Below are positions 24,449 to 37,873 of a stretch of 64,000 nucleotides of DNA, in pieces. Position 1 is the first letter of the stretch, and each line of letters begins with the position of its first letter. The notes below the pieces were generated by a model. It was given only the letters and a program-made list of their open reading frames with translations, searched no databases and was not told where the DNA came from. Location: positions 45,880,001 through 45,944,000 of the forward strand of contig NC_086374.1 in the NCBI RefSeq assembly GCF_036588685.1, read 5' to 3'. This stretch comes from Mytilus trossulus. Lineage: Eukaryota. The position numbers and the translations under genes are program-made.

Positions 24449-24486
24449 TTAATCGGGTTTCCACCTGTACAATTATACGATCACGA

Positions 24487-24756
24487 GACCTATCCCAAGT
24501 CAGGAGCCTCTGGCCTTTGTTAATACTCTTTTATGATTTCTAATGTTAGTTTCTTGTGTATAATTCGGAGTTAAGTATGACGTTCAGTATCACTAAACTT
24601 GTATATACTTTTGTTTAGGGGCCAGCTGAAGGACGCCTCCGGGTGCGCGAGATTCTCGCTGCATTGAAGACCTATTGGTGACCTTCTGCTGTTGTCTGTT
24701 CTATGGTCGGGTTGGTTGTCTTTGACGCATTTCCCATTTTCATTCTTCAATTTATA
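24487..24756 (-). repeat. Dispersed repeat family (related fragments ~37720-37820, ~46221-46295, ~49730-49890, ~20460-20525)
   Basis: ccaagtcaggagcctctggcc..., tttaggggccagctg, gaagacc.attggtg and cccatttt.attct.aattt are shared among the copies. Confidence 0.7.
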
Positions 24757-27700
24757 TTTCAATGACAGATCCATGCGTATTGCGATCACCGGATATTTAC
24801 GAGAATTGTCACGCTGAGTTCACCGCATACGGAAAACAAATCGACAAATTGTTAACTGGAGGCAAGCAATTAAAAAATAGTAAAAAATTTGGACAAATTA
24901 TAGATTTTTTTTCTTGAGAAAAAAGTATATGTACATAAGTTTTATAATAAAAACTAGCCATTCAGTTATAAAAACATATGTATAATCTTTTTTTTTATTT
25001 TGATGTTTCATATGACTTTAAGGTTATAACACAATGCTGACTATTGTACCCCTATTTCGACCATTTTACCTATTATGTGTGTTTGTTTTGATCACACATC
25101 GTGTCAATTGTGAGCGGCTTGCATACCAGTGAGAGGTTGAGCTTGCTTGAAAAACAGGTTTTATCTCCTTATTTCTGAATAAGAAAAAACCTGTACAAAG
25201 TCGTAAATATGACAATTGCTATCTAATCTATAAAAAGGTGTGTTTGAGCTTTTTAAATGGCTATTTCAATAGGGACTCTCCGTTTTAAATTTTCCTAGGG
25301 CTTCTGTATTTTTAGAAAATACCTGTACAAGGTCATGAATATGACTGTTATTAGCCATTCCTTTGTTGTGTTTTGAATTATCCTCCGCGTTCGGTATTTC
25401 TGTTATTTAAATTTTTCTGAACAAAAATGCAGAGCAAAGCACTGTAGAGGCGTATCGGTATGAGATGTGAGACAAGTATCTGGTTTTGAACAGATTGGTG
25501 GCTCAAGCTGAACTCTATACTAAGCACCTTTTCAGGACAAAAGACTTAATTATATTTACGTAAAATTATAACACTTTGACGTTAAATGTAGCTGGTTTTT
25601 TTTATATCTGTCAGAGAATTGACCATCATTAACTTAAACATTCTAAGGGTATTCGAAGTATACTTACTATACGACATTGTATTGTCGTAATGGGGAAAAA
25701 ACATCAACATTAAATTTGTATTCCAAACAATTTTTAATCTACTTAGATGATTTGTTTTGTTCCTAAAGCAGTGGAATTCGTGTCCCATCTTTTTCCTGTA
25801 CTGTGTCCAATGTCATAGACCACTAGACATGTTAGTATCAATAAGGTATTGTAAAATTAGCTCAAAATTAATCTTATATTATAAATAAAAGACTGGTGAA
25901 AGATACCAAAGGGACTTTTAGTCTTAGAAGTCGAAAATAATCTGAAAAACTAATGGCAAAAAAAAGACCAAAAGACAAACAACTGTTAACAAAACACAAC
26001 ACAGAAAACTAAAGACTGCTCTACTAGATTCCCACCAAAAGCCGATGATATCTCAGGTGCTTTTAAAAGAAACTCAGATCCTACTTGGCATCCGTCGTGT
26101 CGCTTATGTAAGTACAACCTTTTGATAAATCGAAGTATGTTAGTCACATTCGACAATGTGGAAAAAATGGGATCGGCGTAAATATGTAGGAAACTGTTTC
26201 ATCAACTTTTAAAAATAACATTTTTACTAAAAAAGGAATAAATGTAAGATTAGAATGATTTGCAGGCGTTAATTGGGTTTAAAGTCATTAATGCAAACAT
26301 CAAGATTGCGTCAGTAAAACCAAACAGAGGAAGTTCTGTTTTGAGATAGCTTTGACCTTATTGATAGAAATAATATGATACGGTTTCAGTGCCAACTCTC
26401 AATCCACAAGAAATCTTTTTTATATTCTTTGAAGCTAACTTTATGTTTGATGGTCTGAAAAGCTCTTATCGTGTATGATTCTTTTCCATATTCTACTGAT
26501 TGGTTGCATCTGATGAAGGTTGTATATAAACCAGCAAAATCTTTTAACCAAAACCTTTCGAAATGTTTGGTTCTCAATGCTCTTTGACTTCGTACTTTAT
26601 TTGGCCTTTTGACTTTTTTAATTCTAGCGTAACTGATGAGTCTTTTTCAGACATATTACATACATGTCTGGTGTAAAAAAAATAACAGTAGTATTTATGA
26701 TGAATTTATTCACATACTGAATAAATTAACCGTCTGTGTGCATATAAATTAAAGTTACGTTATTTCGAAAATATAATGAAGTATTTGCCACTGGCATTAA
26801 TGATTCATTAATACATGTTTCATATGAAATTGGCTTTAATTCAGAACATTCCACTTAAATTGTGTATGTTAATTGTATGTAATATAACAATAAAAGAATT
26901 GTACATAATTTTATCTTCAACTAAAATGGTGAACAATGCAAATATTTGGCACACAATTTTACAAATACAAAAATACTGATATAGTATAAAACAGTTCTCT
27001 AAAAATACTGAATGAATACATTACTTAAAAAATAAACTTAATGCATCTGGCAAATCACAGTCGTACATGTATAGATAGAGAAATAAAATGCACTGTAAAA
27101 CCTCCACTTAATACGTATATATCGTAGAAACCAACATACAATAAAACGTTTTAAAACTCCGCAGTTTGTCTTTTCTAAATAATTTCGAATGACTATTTTG
27201 AAATTTAAATAACTGTTGCTGTTTGATTGGTAGGAAGAAAACAAGTTTCGTTTATGTGCTAAAAAAAATAAACATAGGGTGAGTTTTTAACTATAGAGAG
27301 GAAGCGAAATTTTGATATATAATCTTCGCTTTCAGCAGCAGCAGATTATTTCATTTGAATTTTTATTTTAATTTCCGAACCACTAGACTCTATATTTATT
27401 AATTATCTTAACACTCACCCTTCTCCCGATAGATTAACTGGTCTACTTATAACAACAACCCATAAAAATCATAACTTATACCAAGTCCTATACCAAGCTT
27501 TAAATAATAATGTTCGATAAATATATTCCTTTTCGTACCCTGTTGCAAATATATCACTAAAAGTAAATGATTCATAACATGTTATTCTTTATAAAAACAT
27601 AAAAATGGTTGCAAGCAGCAATGCTGCTACGGATCTACCTACATTTCATCATGATTTACAAAAGTACATATTAAAACAGGAACTATCCTGATCGACTGCT

Positions 27701-29737
27701 GATTCTTTTCCTATCAAATTTATTTTCATCGAAAGGTGTGGCCAATGTTTTTTTTAAAAGGATTTTTTTTTTACAAATAAAAAAAGCTTGATGTATCGGA
27801 ATCAGTATTGTATCTAAACCTTATGCACCTTAAAAGATGTTATGCCTATCAATTTTAGAGAGTTAAGTATAACCATTGTTGAAATAAGAAAACAGAGGAA
27901 ATGTCTATCCATGACACAAAATCAGTAGTACACGTACAATAGATAATACAAAATGCAAAGGAACAGCGCTTTTATTATTGTTCTTCATCACAAAGTCACA
28001 GCGGGGCCTTCAACACTGAGCAAAAAATCTCTCACCTCACTACAAGTTTAAGACGGCTTTGATCGGATTGTTTTTGCAAATAATTGGGGTAGACTTTGTA
28101 GAAATGAACACTATATCCAAACATTTAAAAATAAGACCTTACTGGGAAAAAGTGCATATTTTAAAAATAATAGTTCATACGCATTGGGTTTGTTTTGATT
28201 TGAAATATGGCTGCAATGTTTGCCATTGGACGTGTAAGTGTCTTTCAATCAAATCATTAAAACAGATACATATTATACACTACATGTTTGCTTTTGATCC
28301 ATAGTACATGTGACATTTAAATAACCTTACTGATTATTTAGCTTTATCAACAAAGAAATAAAAAGACCCAAGTCAACCTCAGATTTAATTTATATACTAC
28401 TTGTAAATTGCAAACGGCATTCAGCCAAACTAATCCTTTTAACAAAGCATTCTCAAACTCTAAGTGTGAACAATATCTAGAATTTTACACTTACAACTTT
28501 TCCACGAAAAGGTAGTTTTAAAAGTATTGAGAAAAAACAAAAATGGGTTTATAACAAGTCATAATGAAAACATTTCAAAAAATGTATACTCATGTCAATA
28601 CTGTTCCAGATATAAATTTTAAAAAAACCGAATCCTTGAGATATTCTACAAACGAGCACTGATATGTTAGCACTATAAAGTATAATGTTACATAATGAAA
28701 TGAGACTACAAAACAGTTATCAGATATAACATGTCAATGAACTAAATATTACAAAATATTCTACTAGTTCTATGCACCAATCTATTCATATCTTACTTGG
28801 TTACCATCATGTATAACAAATAAATAGCATCATTAAAAAACAGAAATAACAAAAACAACAATAAAAACAAATTCACATACACTTCAAACAAAAATGTACA
28901 TGATCATAAACAACTAATATCAAATTTAGTGTGTTTTTATATCACAAATTTACCCTAAATTAATGAACAGATTCTAAGTTACTTTTCCTTTTTTAATTTT
29001 TATAGACAAATGCATTGATTCAAGTGAAACTAAACGGACTAGTTGAATAAACTGTATTCAGAAAATACACAAGAAGATAGGCGACAACTGCACTGGCCTT
29101 GTTTAAGACTTCACACAGACACATACATATATATATATAGAGAGAGGTGTGTACATACTGTGGGTAGGGAACATGTAAACAAAATGAAGACTTACAAAAG
29201 GAACAAAAAGAATAGTTTTAAATTCCAAATTCGGAAAAAATTATCAAATGAGCTAATGAATGTCAGATATATATGAAAATAAGCCAGTTTGTAATTGATT
29301 GCTATGTAACAATCTTTTTTATCATTACAACTGTATGCAACCGAGAATTTATGGCAGATGGTTCAAAACAGCTTCTACACTGTTGATTATTGACATATTG
29401 TACGGCACAAAACATATATTATTGTTGAAGGGGTCAGGCATATGTTTTTTTTTTAGGAGGATAAATTTGTCGACTTTATGTCAATACCAACACCTTTTTA
29501 ATACCATACAGGAACAAGAAAAATATTTACAACTCAATGTTGTTTTTATTTATCGTCCCTAATGTTCACTTCCCTTATGAAACATATTATTATTTTATAT
29601 AATTTGAAAGTAAAAGAAAATATGAAAGTAAAGATGAATAGCCGGGCTTTCATATATTTGCCAATTGGCATAAATTTCAAAATATTTGTTAATCTTTAAC
29701 AATGTCTAAAATGTTTCATTCATATCGAACGTATGAT

Positions 29738-32494
29738 TCATTCACTTGCATGAGGATATGGCTCTATATCAACGTGAGGATATCCATTCGGAATAAAAAG
29801 TTCTTTTCTCTCAGGGCAACTGTTAAAATGACCATGAACATGCAATTTATTTTCGACGGGAGTAAGTAATCCATCTGACCGAGTATAATCACTCGCCACT
29901 GAGGCAACAGACGGCGATTTTCTATTTTCCTTTTCATGCATGTTTTCCGAATGGTATCGTCGCCTTCTGCTCTGAGGCGATTTTTCTGACTTGATCAAAT
30001 CTGGTTCAGAACCTAACTTTGCAGCCGACTGTTTTGTTATTATTTCCTCTTCTTCCCTCACTCTACTGAGATGCTTATTTCTTCTGGGTGATTTCTTTCG
30101 TTGTGTACTACTTACATCATCAATGCTTATAGATGGCGTTTCCATTTCCGGTCGGTTCATTCTACGGGTGGTCCGTCTACGAATGGACGGTGCATATCCT
30201 GTTTTCAAAAGATAATTTAATGTTCCTTGATCAGACCGTAACGATCCGTCCATTCGGATTGGCTCTTTTTCTTTCTCTGTCTTTTTCATAGCTTCTCGAT
30301 CTTCCTCTGAGGCATAGTTTGTTTGTAACGAATGTATTTTTAAAAAGTATCGACTGTAAATTTTATTTTGCTTTGAAACTGGGTCAAATCCGCGGATTTC
30401 TTTCTCTGTTCCCGGAGATCCAAATATATGTCGAATGCAAGATAAACAAAAGAGATCTTCTAGGAATAACACGACAGAAAGTTGTTGCAGTCGCCATTGT
30501 GGGTATCTATCTTCAAGAACCACTGCGCATGTCTGTGACATCATGGCTATAAGTGAATTTATTAACAGCACGTAAGTAAGCAACGCAAACACTATGTAAA
30601 GCGCTATTGCTAAACCTGGAATTCTGGCTTGATTTAAAACTCCAAAATCATCCAAACCTAACATTAGTTTAAACATAGTTAACATGGCACCTCCAAAACT
30701 ACTAAAGTGTTCAGTTACAGCTTCCTCATATGCAGGAGTTTGCTGATCTAAACTAACAGCACCGACAAAAACGGCATACATGCCTGCTGTAAATGCAAAC
30801 AACATGAATGAAATAATGACTGAAAATCGCAAAAGATCTCCTATAATGACTCTTCGAATCATTTCTGTGAAAAAACTAAATAGCCGGATAGCACGTAAGA
30901 AAAATACGGAAAACCACCAACCAGCAATTACGGCTAGTATCAAAGCAATATTGTCGTGTGTGCTTTTGGTTCTTGTCATGAAAAAGTCAACAAATAAACT
31001 TACAGAAAACGCAATTAAAAAAAATACGTATCCTAAGTTGTGAAAAATATATCGAAGTGTATTCGGTCTCCTTTTCTTTGCAATCAGCAACAAAAGAACC
31101 ATTAAGCAATAGACACCACCACCAAGAACGACACTCATCCAGGATACAAATTCAGCAAAAGTCCTAGATGCGTCCGGGACAGTAATTTCGAGTGTACTTG
31201 TGTTTGAAGCAGTTTTGAGGGCATATAACTCGGACCTGATGACTATTTCCATAGTTAAAAACACGGTCATTAACACATGCAGAAAGCCCCATATGAAATA
31301 AATGTACCTTAACTTCTGCCATTTTTCAAGAATTATATTCTTTACTGGTATCGTTTCAATTATTCTGAAGGCAGAATGACTCTGGTAGTCGAAATCAAAC
31401 ATCATTTCTAAAATTGACTCAGTTTCTGGATTATCAAACTGACTGCATTTAAAAGGGTTGCAATTCGTTTTTGACTTGATACTTGTACGAGAAACACCGT
31501 CAATATTTCTGGAAACCTTTTTACTTCCGTAGCCTTCGTTTGCGGTAGTAGTTGATGCCACGTGGTGATTAGCAACCGTATCAATTTCGGTGATATCATA
31601 CAATTTTACGTCAAACAGTCCGTCGTGTGTGCTTACAAATGAGTAGACGTTTTCAAGATTAATTATAAATTGAAAAATTTCAACAACTCCTAGTTTAGCG
31701 GATAGTTGCAATGGCGTTAGAAATTCGTCGTTTTTCAAAAACCAGACATATGAATCTTCTTTTAAGAATATGTCGGTATCAATGCCTTGGTATCGACCAT
31801 GACTTGAATTACTCTCTCTCATCCTTTCTATGAGGTATGTAAACATGTGAATAACATTGTCAGTTTTGTTTGGATAAACAGCAGCGTATTTTACCAGAGA
31901 ATGTAAAACAGTGTCCCCACAACTGTTTTCAGAATGCATATTAGCACCATGATCTAACAAGAGATCCACGATGGTTTCGTTAAAAGTTAATGCCGCAACA
32001 CTTAATGGTAGTTCACCCATCATTACCGTATTAGCAAATATTCGGCCAACTGCTGGTGTATTAATCATAGTTAATTTCGTCCGGCTTGAATACTGCTTTC
32101 TCTCCGATTCTAAATTCGACGACGAAAGCAATAATTCTGTTACATTATCATCGCCTCTAGTTATTGCGATATGAAGTGGTGTTTGTCCTTGGTAGTTCTC
32201 GGACGTTTCCCTTGCCAGAGACAGCAAGTCTGGACATAAATCAATTATTCTCTTTATAATATCAAAATCATCTTCGTATTTTACGGCCATATGAAGTAAA
32301 GTCTCACTTTTATCTTCACCTTCGCGGTATTGTTTCATGCAGTGTAAAGGACTACATTTGTTTTCCATTATAGTGAGCAGTTCGCGGACTTTTTCGTTTG
32401 AATTTGCTTTTATTCCGGACGAAAGTTCTTGTAAAAATCTATCAGGATTCGTATCCAGTAGTGTGATGAAATGTCGTCGTGTATTTTTATCCAT
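29738..32494 (-). CDS. TRPV: TRPV-family (TRPV5/6-like) cation channel, paralog B, ~918 aa from MDKNTRRH, single coding exon
   Basis: Same motif set as paralog A (YQGQTPLHIAI, MGELPLSVAA, LYDITEID, MLGLDD pore, YVLLINSLIAMMSQT, WRLQ). The ORF track starts at 32587, but an acceptor tttacag|G at 32536/32535 and alignment with the paralog A start favour the ATG at 32494. Confidence 0.95.
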   Translation of the reverse strand: MDKNTRRHFITLLDTNPDRFLQELSSGIKANSNEKVRELLTIMENKCSPLHCMKQYREGEDKSETLLHMAVKYEDDFDIIKRIIDLCPDLLSLARETSENYQGQTPLHIAITRGDDNVTELLLSSSNLESERKQYSSRTKLTMINTPAVGRIFANTVMMGELPLSVAALTFNETIVDLLLDHGANMHSENSCGDTVLHSLVKYAAVYPNKTDNVIHMFTYLIERMRESNSSHGRYQGIDTDIFLKEDSYVWFLKNDEFLTPLQLSAKLGVVEIFQFIINLENVYSFVSTHDGLFDVKLYDITEIDTVANHHVASTTTANEGYGSKKVSRNIDGVSRTSIKSKTNCNPFKCSQFDNPETESILEMMFDFDYQSHSAFRIIETIPVKNIILEKWQKLRYIYFIWGFLHVLMTVFLTMEIVIRSELYALKTASNTSTLEITVPDASRTFAEFVSWMSVVLGGGVYCLMVLLLLIAKKRRPNTLRYIFHNLGYVFFLIAFSVSLFVDFFMTRTKSTHDNIALILAVIAGWWFSVFFLRAIRLFSFFTEMIRRVIIGDLLRFSVIISFMLFAFTAGMYAVFVGAVSLDQQTPAYEEAVTEHFSSFGGAMLTMFKLMLGLDDFGVLNQARIPGLAIALYIVFALLTYVLLINSLIAMMSQTCAVVLEDRYPQWRLQQLSVVLFLEDLFCLSCIRHIFGSPGTEKEIRGFDPVSKQNKIYSRYFLKIHSLQTNYASEEDREAMKKTEKEKEPIRMDGSLRSDQGTLNYLLKTGYAPSIRRRTTRRMNRPEMETPSISIDDVSSTQRKKSPRRNKHLSRVREEEEIITKQSAAKLGSEPDLIKSEKSPQSRRRRYHSENMHEKENRKSPSVASVASDYTRSDGLLTPVENKLHVHGHFNSCPERKELFIPNGYPHVDIEPYPHASE

Positions 32495-32742
32495 CTTTCT
32501 TCGTGTGCTGAGTGTTTTTTTCTTGTGTTTTTCACCTGTAAATATAAGAAATCTATTTAGCGTCCTCCGTACAAATATTTCTGGCATTTATAATCAAGTT
32601 TTAAATTACATGATTTTTAGTAAAACTAAGTTATGCACAATAACTGTTTAATAAGTAAAGAAAATGTATATTAGTCGAGTAAACATTGGTAAAAGATGAA
32701 GATAAAAATAAAAATAAGAAGTATAATGATAGAAGTAATTAC

Positions 32743-32841
32743 TTGTAGCTCCTATTCTGTTCAACTCGAATATTGTACTTAACGTTGTTACTGATAAATG
32801 AATATTTTGTTTTTATATTGATACTATCAGTACTATATAAC
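32743..32841 (-). other. Candidate non-coding 5'UTR exon of TRPV paralog B
   Basis: Acceptor tcccctttttctcacag|G at 32842/32841 and donor AA|GTAATT at 32743/32742. No ATG seen within it. Confidence 0.4.
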
Positions 32842-35800
32842 CTGTGAGAAAAAGGGGATTTTCATTAATCAGTCAGAGACAATGACTAATTTGGGACGAA
32901 TTTTTCGTTTCTTCAATAGTATAGTATGAATTTCACAAGCATGATCAAATATTGGAATAAAAATTAGAACGAAAGGATATTTAAAATACAAGAATTTTCC
33001 TTTAAGTATTTGAAAGTCCTTTTAAAAATATTTGTTTTAAATGAACTTTGAACTAGCTCCGATATTAGGGTCAATTAATGATTAACATAAACTTGTTTTT
33101 GTGTCCCTAAATCTGAAATGTATTTTCGGTACAGGAATCTTATCCTATTTCATATAAGATGACATATGCAAAAGGTTATGGTTTAATTAATTTTTGCTGT
33201 GTACAATGTAAAAATGCAATCAATTTACAACTTTAATCTGATGTACACGTTAGCAATAACAATTTTGAATTACATCCAGAATCGTATGCGAGCGGAACGT
33301 GCGTCTTACGTAAAAAAAAGTAATCCTGGTATTTCTGATGAGTTTTGTATACAACCACTGTGATGATGCTACAATAATTGTCTGTGAAGATTTCCTCCAC
33401 AAAGGTTTTACCGTTACAGTAGTCAGCACTTCTGTTTTGAAATGAATTGTCATCAACATGGTCATAATTTTTCGAAATGCTAAGAATTTTCTACCAACGG
33501 AAAAGGTTAGATTGGTTGTATTTGGAAATACCTGTTGTAATATTGTACCCTCTATGCTCTTTAACCTTGTACTTTATTTTGGTCTTTTTTACTTTTTTAT
33601 TTGAGGATCACAAATGAGTCTTTTGTTGACAAAATTGGCGTCTTGCATATACCATTTTGATCCTGTTATCTATAACAAGTTTATTGTCCTACAGAAGCAG
33701 TAGTCGGTTATGGTGTGGGAATGGTGAACAAAAAATAGTCAGAAGTGGAAGTAAATGTTATCTTCAGGCAAACAATACTCAACGTTTTAAATGTGTTTAT
33801 GCATTCAAATCAATACAGTGAAAAGGAATATTCCCGATCACTTAATTCCACTTTTTTAAGTCAACCATACTCTAAAGTGCCTATACCTGATGACATAGCT
33901 TCACTTTTTGCAATGAACTATATAATGTCAATGTGATTATTTAATCCCGATGGCATCTTTGTACATAGGTCAAATATACAGTAAAAATGTTGTATACAAA
34001 TGCAAGAGGTCTAAACATAACGTGGCACGTTATACAAGTATTTGGCAAAGTTGGGATGGGTATATGAATAATAGCTAGGTATTTCAAGTTTCTTTACAGA
34101 ATTTCCTATATGTACCACGGTATATTAATCATGAACAGTACTCAAATATTTGGTTTTCTTGAAGTTCACACCATTCAGTATCGTTATTTTTCAGTAGATA
34201 TTGGGGTTTGTTTTATTATAAGTTTGCGCAAAACTTAATATTGTCACCATATTTTTCATATTCTATTAAGTAAATAGACATTGAAGTGAATCACGACTCC
34301 CCAATCGTGGCAAGTCTCCATACCGTATGTTAGTTAAAACTGCTAATCACCTCGAATCTATACAACCTTGGAATAAATCTTACAGATATTGCCAAGAATT
34401 TGTCATCGAAAACAGATTCTTTAAAAAAAAGTATAATGGCAAAGCAATCACAGACGAGTTAGCTGACAAATTTAAATTAGTGGCAAAAACTAAATTACTA
34501 ATCAAAGTACTGCATCCGGCGGATCGTTATGTTTCAGTTAAAGTAGTGTTTAGCCAAATCTGCATTTAAAATCAGTTTTGAAAAACACAACATATATATA
34601 TATATAGTATGTCAACGTATTAGTATACACACAATACTCATAAAAAGAAGGATAAGAAAATCGTCAAACATAATAAAAAAAAATATGACCAAGAGACCAA
34701 ATGACACAAACATTAACGACTACAGGCCGCCACACGACCTTCAACAATGAAAAAGCCCTTGCTGCATAGTCAGCTTCGTTAGGATCTGTAAAACTTACCT
34801 TACCGTGCGTTCAATACTCCGGTCTGGATTTTGTTACGTGGAAATATTCTTATTATTCTTAATAAAGATATGAATCCTTTCAAATAAATAGCAACCACTT
34901 TTAGAGTCCGTCAATACAATTGCATATGCGTAGTTTTTTATATGTGTTTGTTAGCATATCATTATGTTTGGTCGTAATTAATTCTTTAAACTATAATATA
35001 CACACTGTTATATGAATTCATATCTAGATTTTAAATTGTAAAGCTTATAATAAGTCTATAATAATTAATTAATAACTTGTAACCTAAGATTGTTTCATAC
35101 TTAGAATGGTTTGGTGAAGCAGTTAGCACATAGCCTATATTACCTGCCGGTTGAGATTTACTCCTTTTGATAATTTTTCGACTTTCATCAATTTTAACAT
35201 ATCCTTTTTCTCTATTACTTTCGACACTGTTGTATCCCTTTTCGTATTCATCGTCCATTTTTGTAGTTTCTAACGGTATTTATACTAACAAAATACTGTT
35301 CATATCGAAGACCATAATTTTAACTGTTATTGAAAATCACTTTTCCATTGAATGCATTTGAATAGTATAATGTTCATTTAGTTATTGTTTTAAATAGTAT
35401 GCTTTACAAAATAGTATGTTCAGTATACTGAACTTATAATTGATGTACTTTTATTTAATTTATTTCATTATTGCTACATGACTTTACCGTGATAACAAAT
35501 TGTTCCGTTGTAAAGATATAAAAAAAAATGAAATTTTCAGAAAATAATTTTGTTTCTAGCATGAAACATGCATGCGATTCTTTACTAATGTAGGTATTAA
35601 CGTTTGAATGGCATTATATAACGGCCTTACTTATGTTTTTAAAAAGGAAAGACGATTTTAATATCGTAATTACAGCATACCGTCAGAGAATACGTAATTA
35701 TTTAACCAAATACACACAAAAATCCTTTTAAAAAACATTTTCTCTATTCGAAACTTTTACAAATTATATAACAAACTTCCATTGAAGATTTGAAAGAAGT

Positions 35801-37873
35801 GCTGGTCATGTATATATAATCTAAATAAATACTGTTTGTACTATCTTTGTAATGCACAGTGACCCGACCAATGTCACGAATTAACCATAGTATACATTTG
35901 TAAAGATTGATTTTTACGACAAAAAAGATATTTTGGCTTAATAACCTTGGCAAATGTAATATTTGATTTAATCCGCATTTAAAAAAAAAATCAAAATGAG
36001 CTGCAACTATTATGCGAGATCTTTAATTATCATATATTTCCAAACTAAAGTCGGCCTTGTTTAAACAGACAATATATTGCAGAAGAAATGTTTTTAAAGA
36101 TTGTCAATTCAATAAATTACATACGATCTTTGAGATTACAGACAACTCAATTGTTATTCTTGTCAGGTTTATGAATAAGGACAATCAAAGAATTAAAAAA
36201 TATATGTCAGCAATTTTTTTCAAACGTACAACAAAAGAATTTATTAATAATATACAGAATGTTTTTGATAGCCATCGTTTTTCAAAACAATATGTAAACA
36301 TTTTCAGAACCTTTTGCCCGCATCGGTACTGGTTAAAGAATGGAAAAATTGTTTTACTGAAATTTGCTATTTTGACAATGCTTGTTTTGTTATTAAATAA
36401 ACATAACGTATACGGTATAGTTAACTTTAAAAGATCACAGCCTGACAGAATGGGAAACAATTTAAAAAAGGGAAATAAAAACGACTATTTTTTTAACCTA
36501 TAGCATGAAATCAAACAGACCTAGAATAGTCCGCTTACACTAGGTCGCTATCTATTTAAATATATGTTAATATCGGGTTATATGACCGTCAGAAGTCTTC
36601 GGATGTCATCTCAATTGTTAGTTAGATGGCGTCTAGACTAACGTACACACACAGTCCTGATATATATTATATAATCCATGCATATTGTTTATTGTTCATT
36701 GTAGACTTTTTGCAAGTTGGATACCCGTTTTACTAGGTTATAAGGCAAATATGAGAATTTAAGTCAAACCAGTAAATAAGAATTTGACAGCTTGCTAACT
36801 CAGAAAATCCCCTTCTGAATAGTGTTACATGACTTACTATAAAGCTATTAAAGCGCGCACTGCAATGTTTTTAACATAAACCTATGGAAAAATGTAGCAA
36901 ATGAATAAGATAGCAAACTATTTCAAATATATGAAATCACTTTGAAGCAGCTACATATATGGGAAATGTGACAAGTTTTTTTTCCGTCTGTCATGATCAG
37001 AACACGAACAAACTATTAATTGCACAATGTGATTGCAATCCTTAAAGTTATATTTCTATCACCCAACAAACTGATGCTGTGTAGAAGCGATTGCTCAAGT
37101 TACTTATATTGCATCGGTTATTTCAGACTTTAGTGATAATCAAAATATGATGTGTTTAAAGAGTTAATGTTTTTCGATTTTTGATTATCAACGAGTACAA
37201 TATTATATTCAAAATCGATGATCAACCGAACAAAGGCAGCTGTTTGCAATTATCACTTAACCATCGAATGCTGTCAAATACAAGAGTTACGTGATGCGTA
37301 AATAATACTCGATGCAATACATGATTGACAAGCAGAAAAAAATTCTTTCCGTGATACCAAAGATGACATCGTGCATGACATTCGAAAGAAAATGATGGTA
37401 TTCGTCAAAAGAACAAAAGGCAAAGAAGTTGTATAGATCAAGATCCGTAGTAGTTATGTACATTTGCAAAAGAGTAAACATTCAGATGACATTAATATTT
37501 CCAACAGTCACAGTCAATACAACTATACGGTCAATAACCAACACCTTTAATGTGTGATGATGAAAATGATTTAATAGTGAGAAATACCATAAATAGCACA
37601 AAGAGATCATGATACACTTTTATGAAAATACATTTCAAGCATAGAACTAAATGTTTCCATGCAATATTGTCGATAAATCCCATAATATTTACAAAACAAG
37701 ACTTGCTTGATTTTCTTGCTGTGTTGAATACCCATTGGTGGTTTTCGGCAGTTTTTTTATCTTTGGTTGGGTTTTCGTCTCTTACGCATATTTCCTATTT
37801 TCTATTCTCAATTTTATTTTTACATCTAGATGTGAGAAATAAGAAAACCAACACTAAACAGTATATACTGATT

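Noticed and set aside
32495-32587. N-terminal 31-aa extension MPEIFVRR... of TRPV-B
   Set aside because: It crosses a good splice acceptor at 32536 and has no counterpart in paralog A.
36057-37480. 148-aa ORF and faint B-box/coiled-coil-like fragments (KCDKFFSVCH...)
   Set aside because: No complete motif, many stops and AT-rich composition. Cannot be supported without a homology search.
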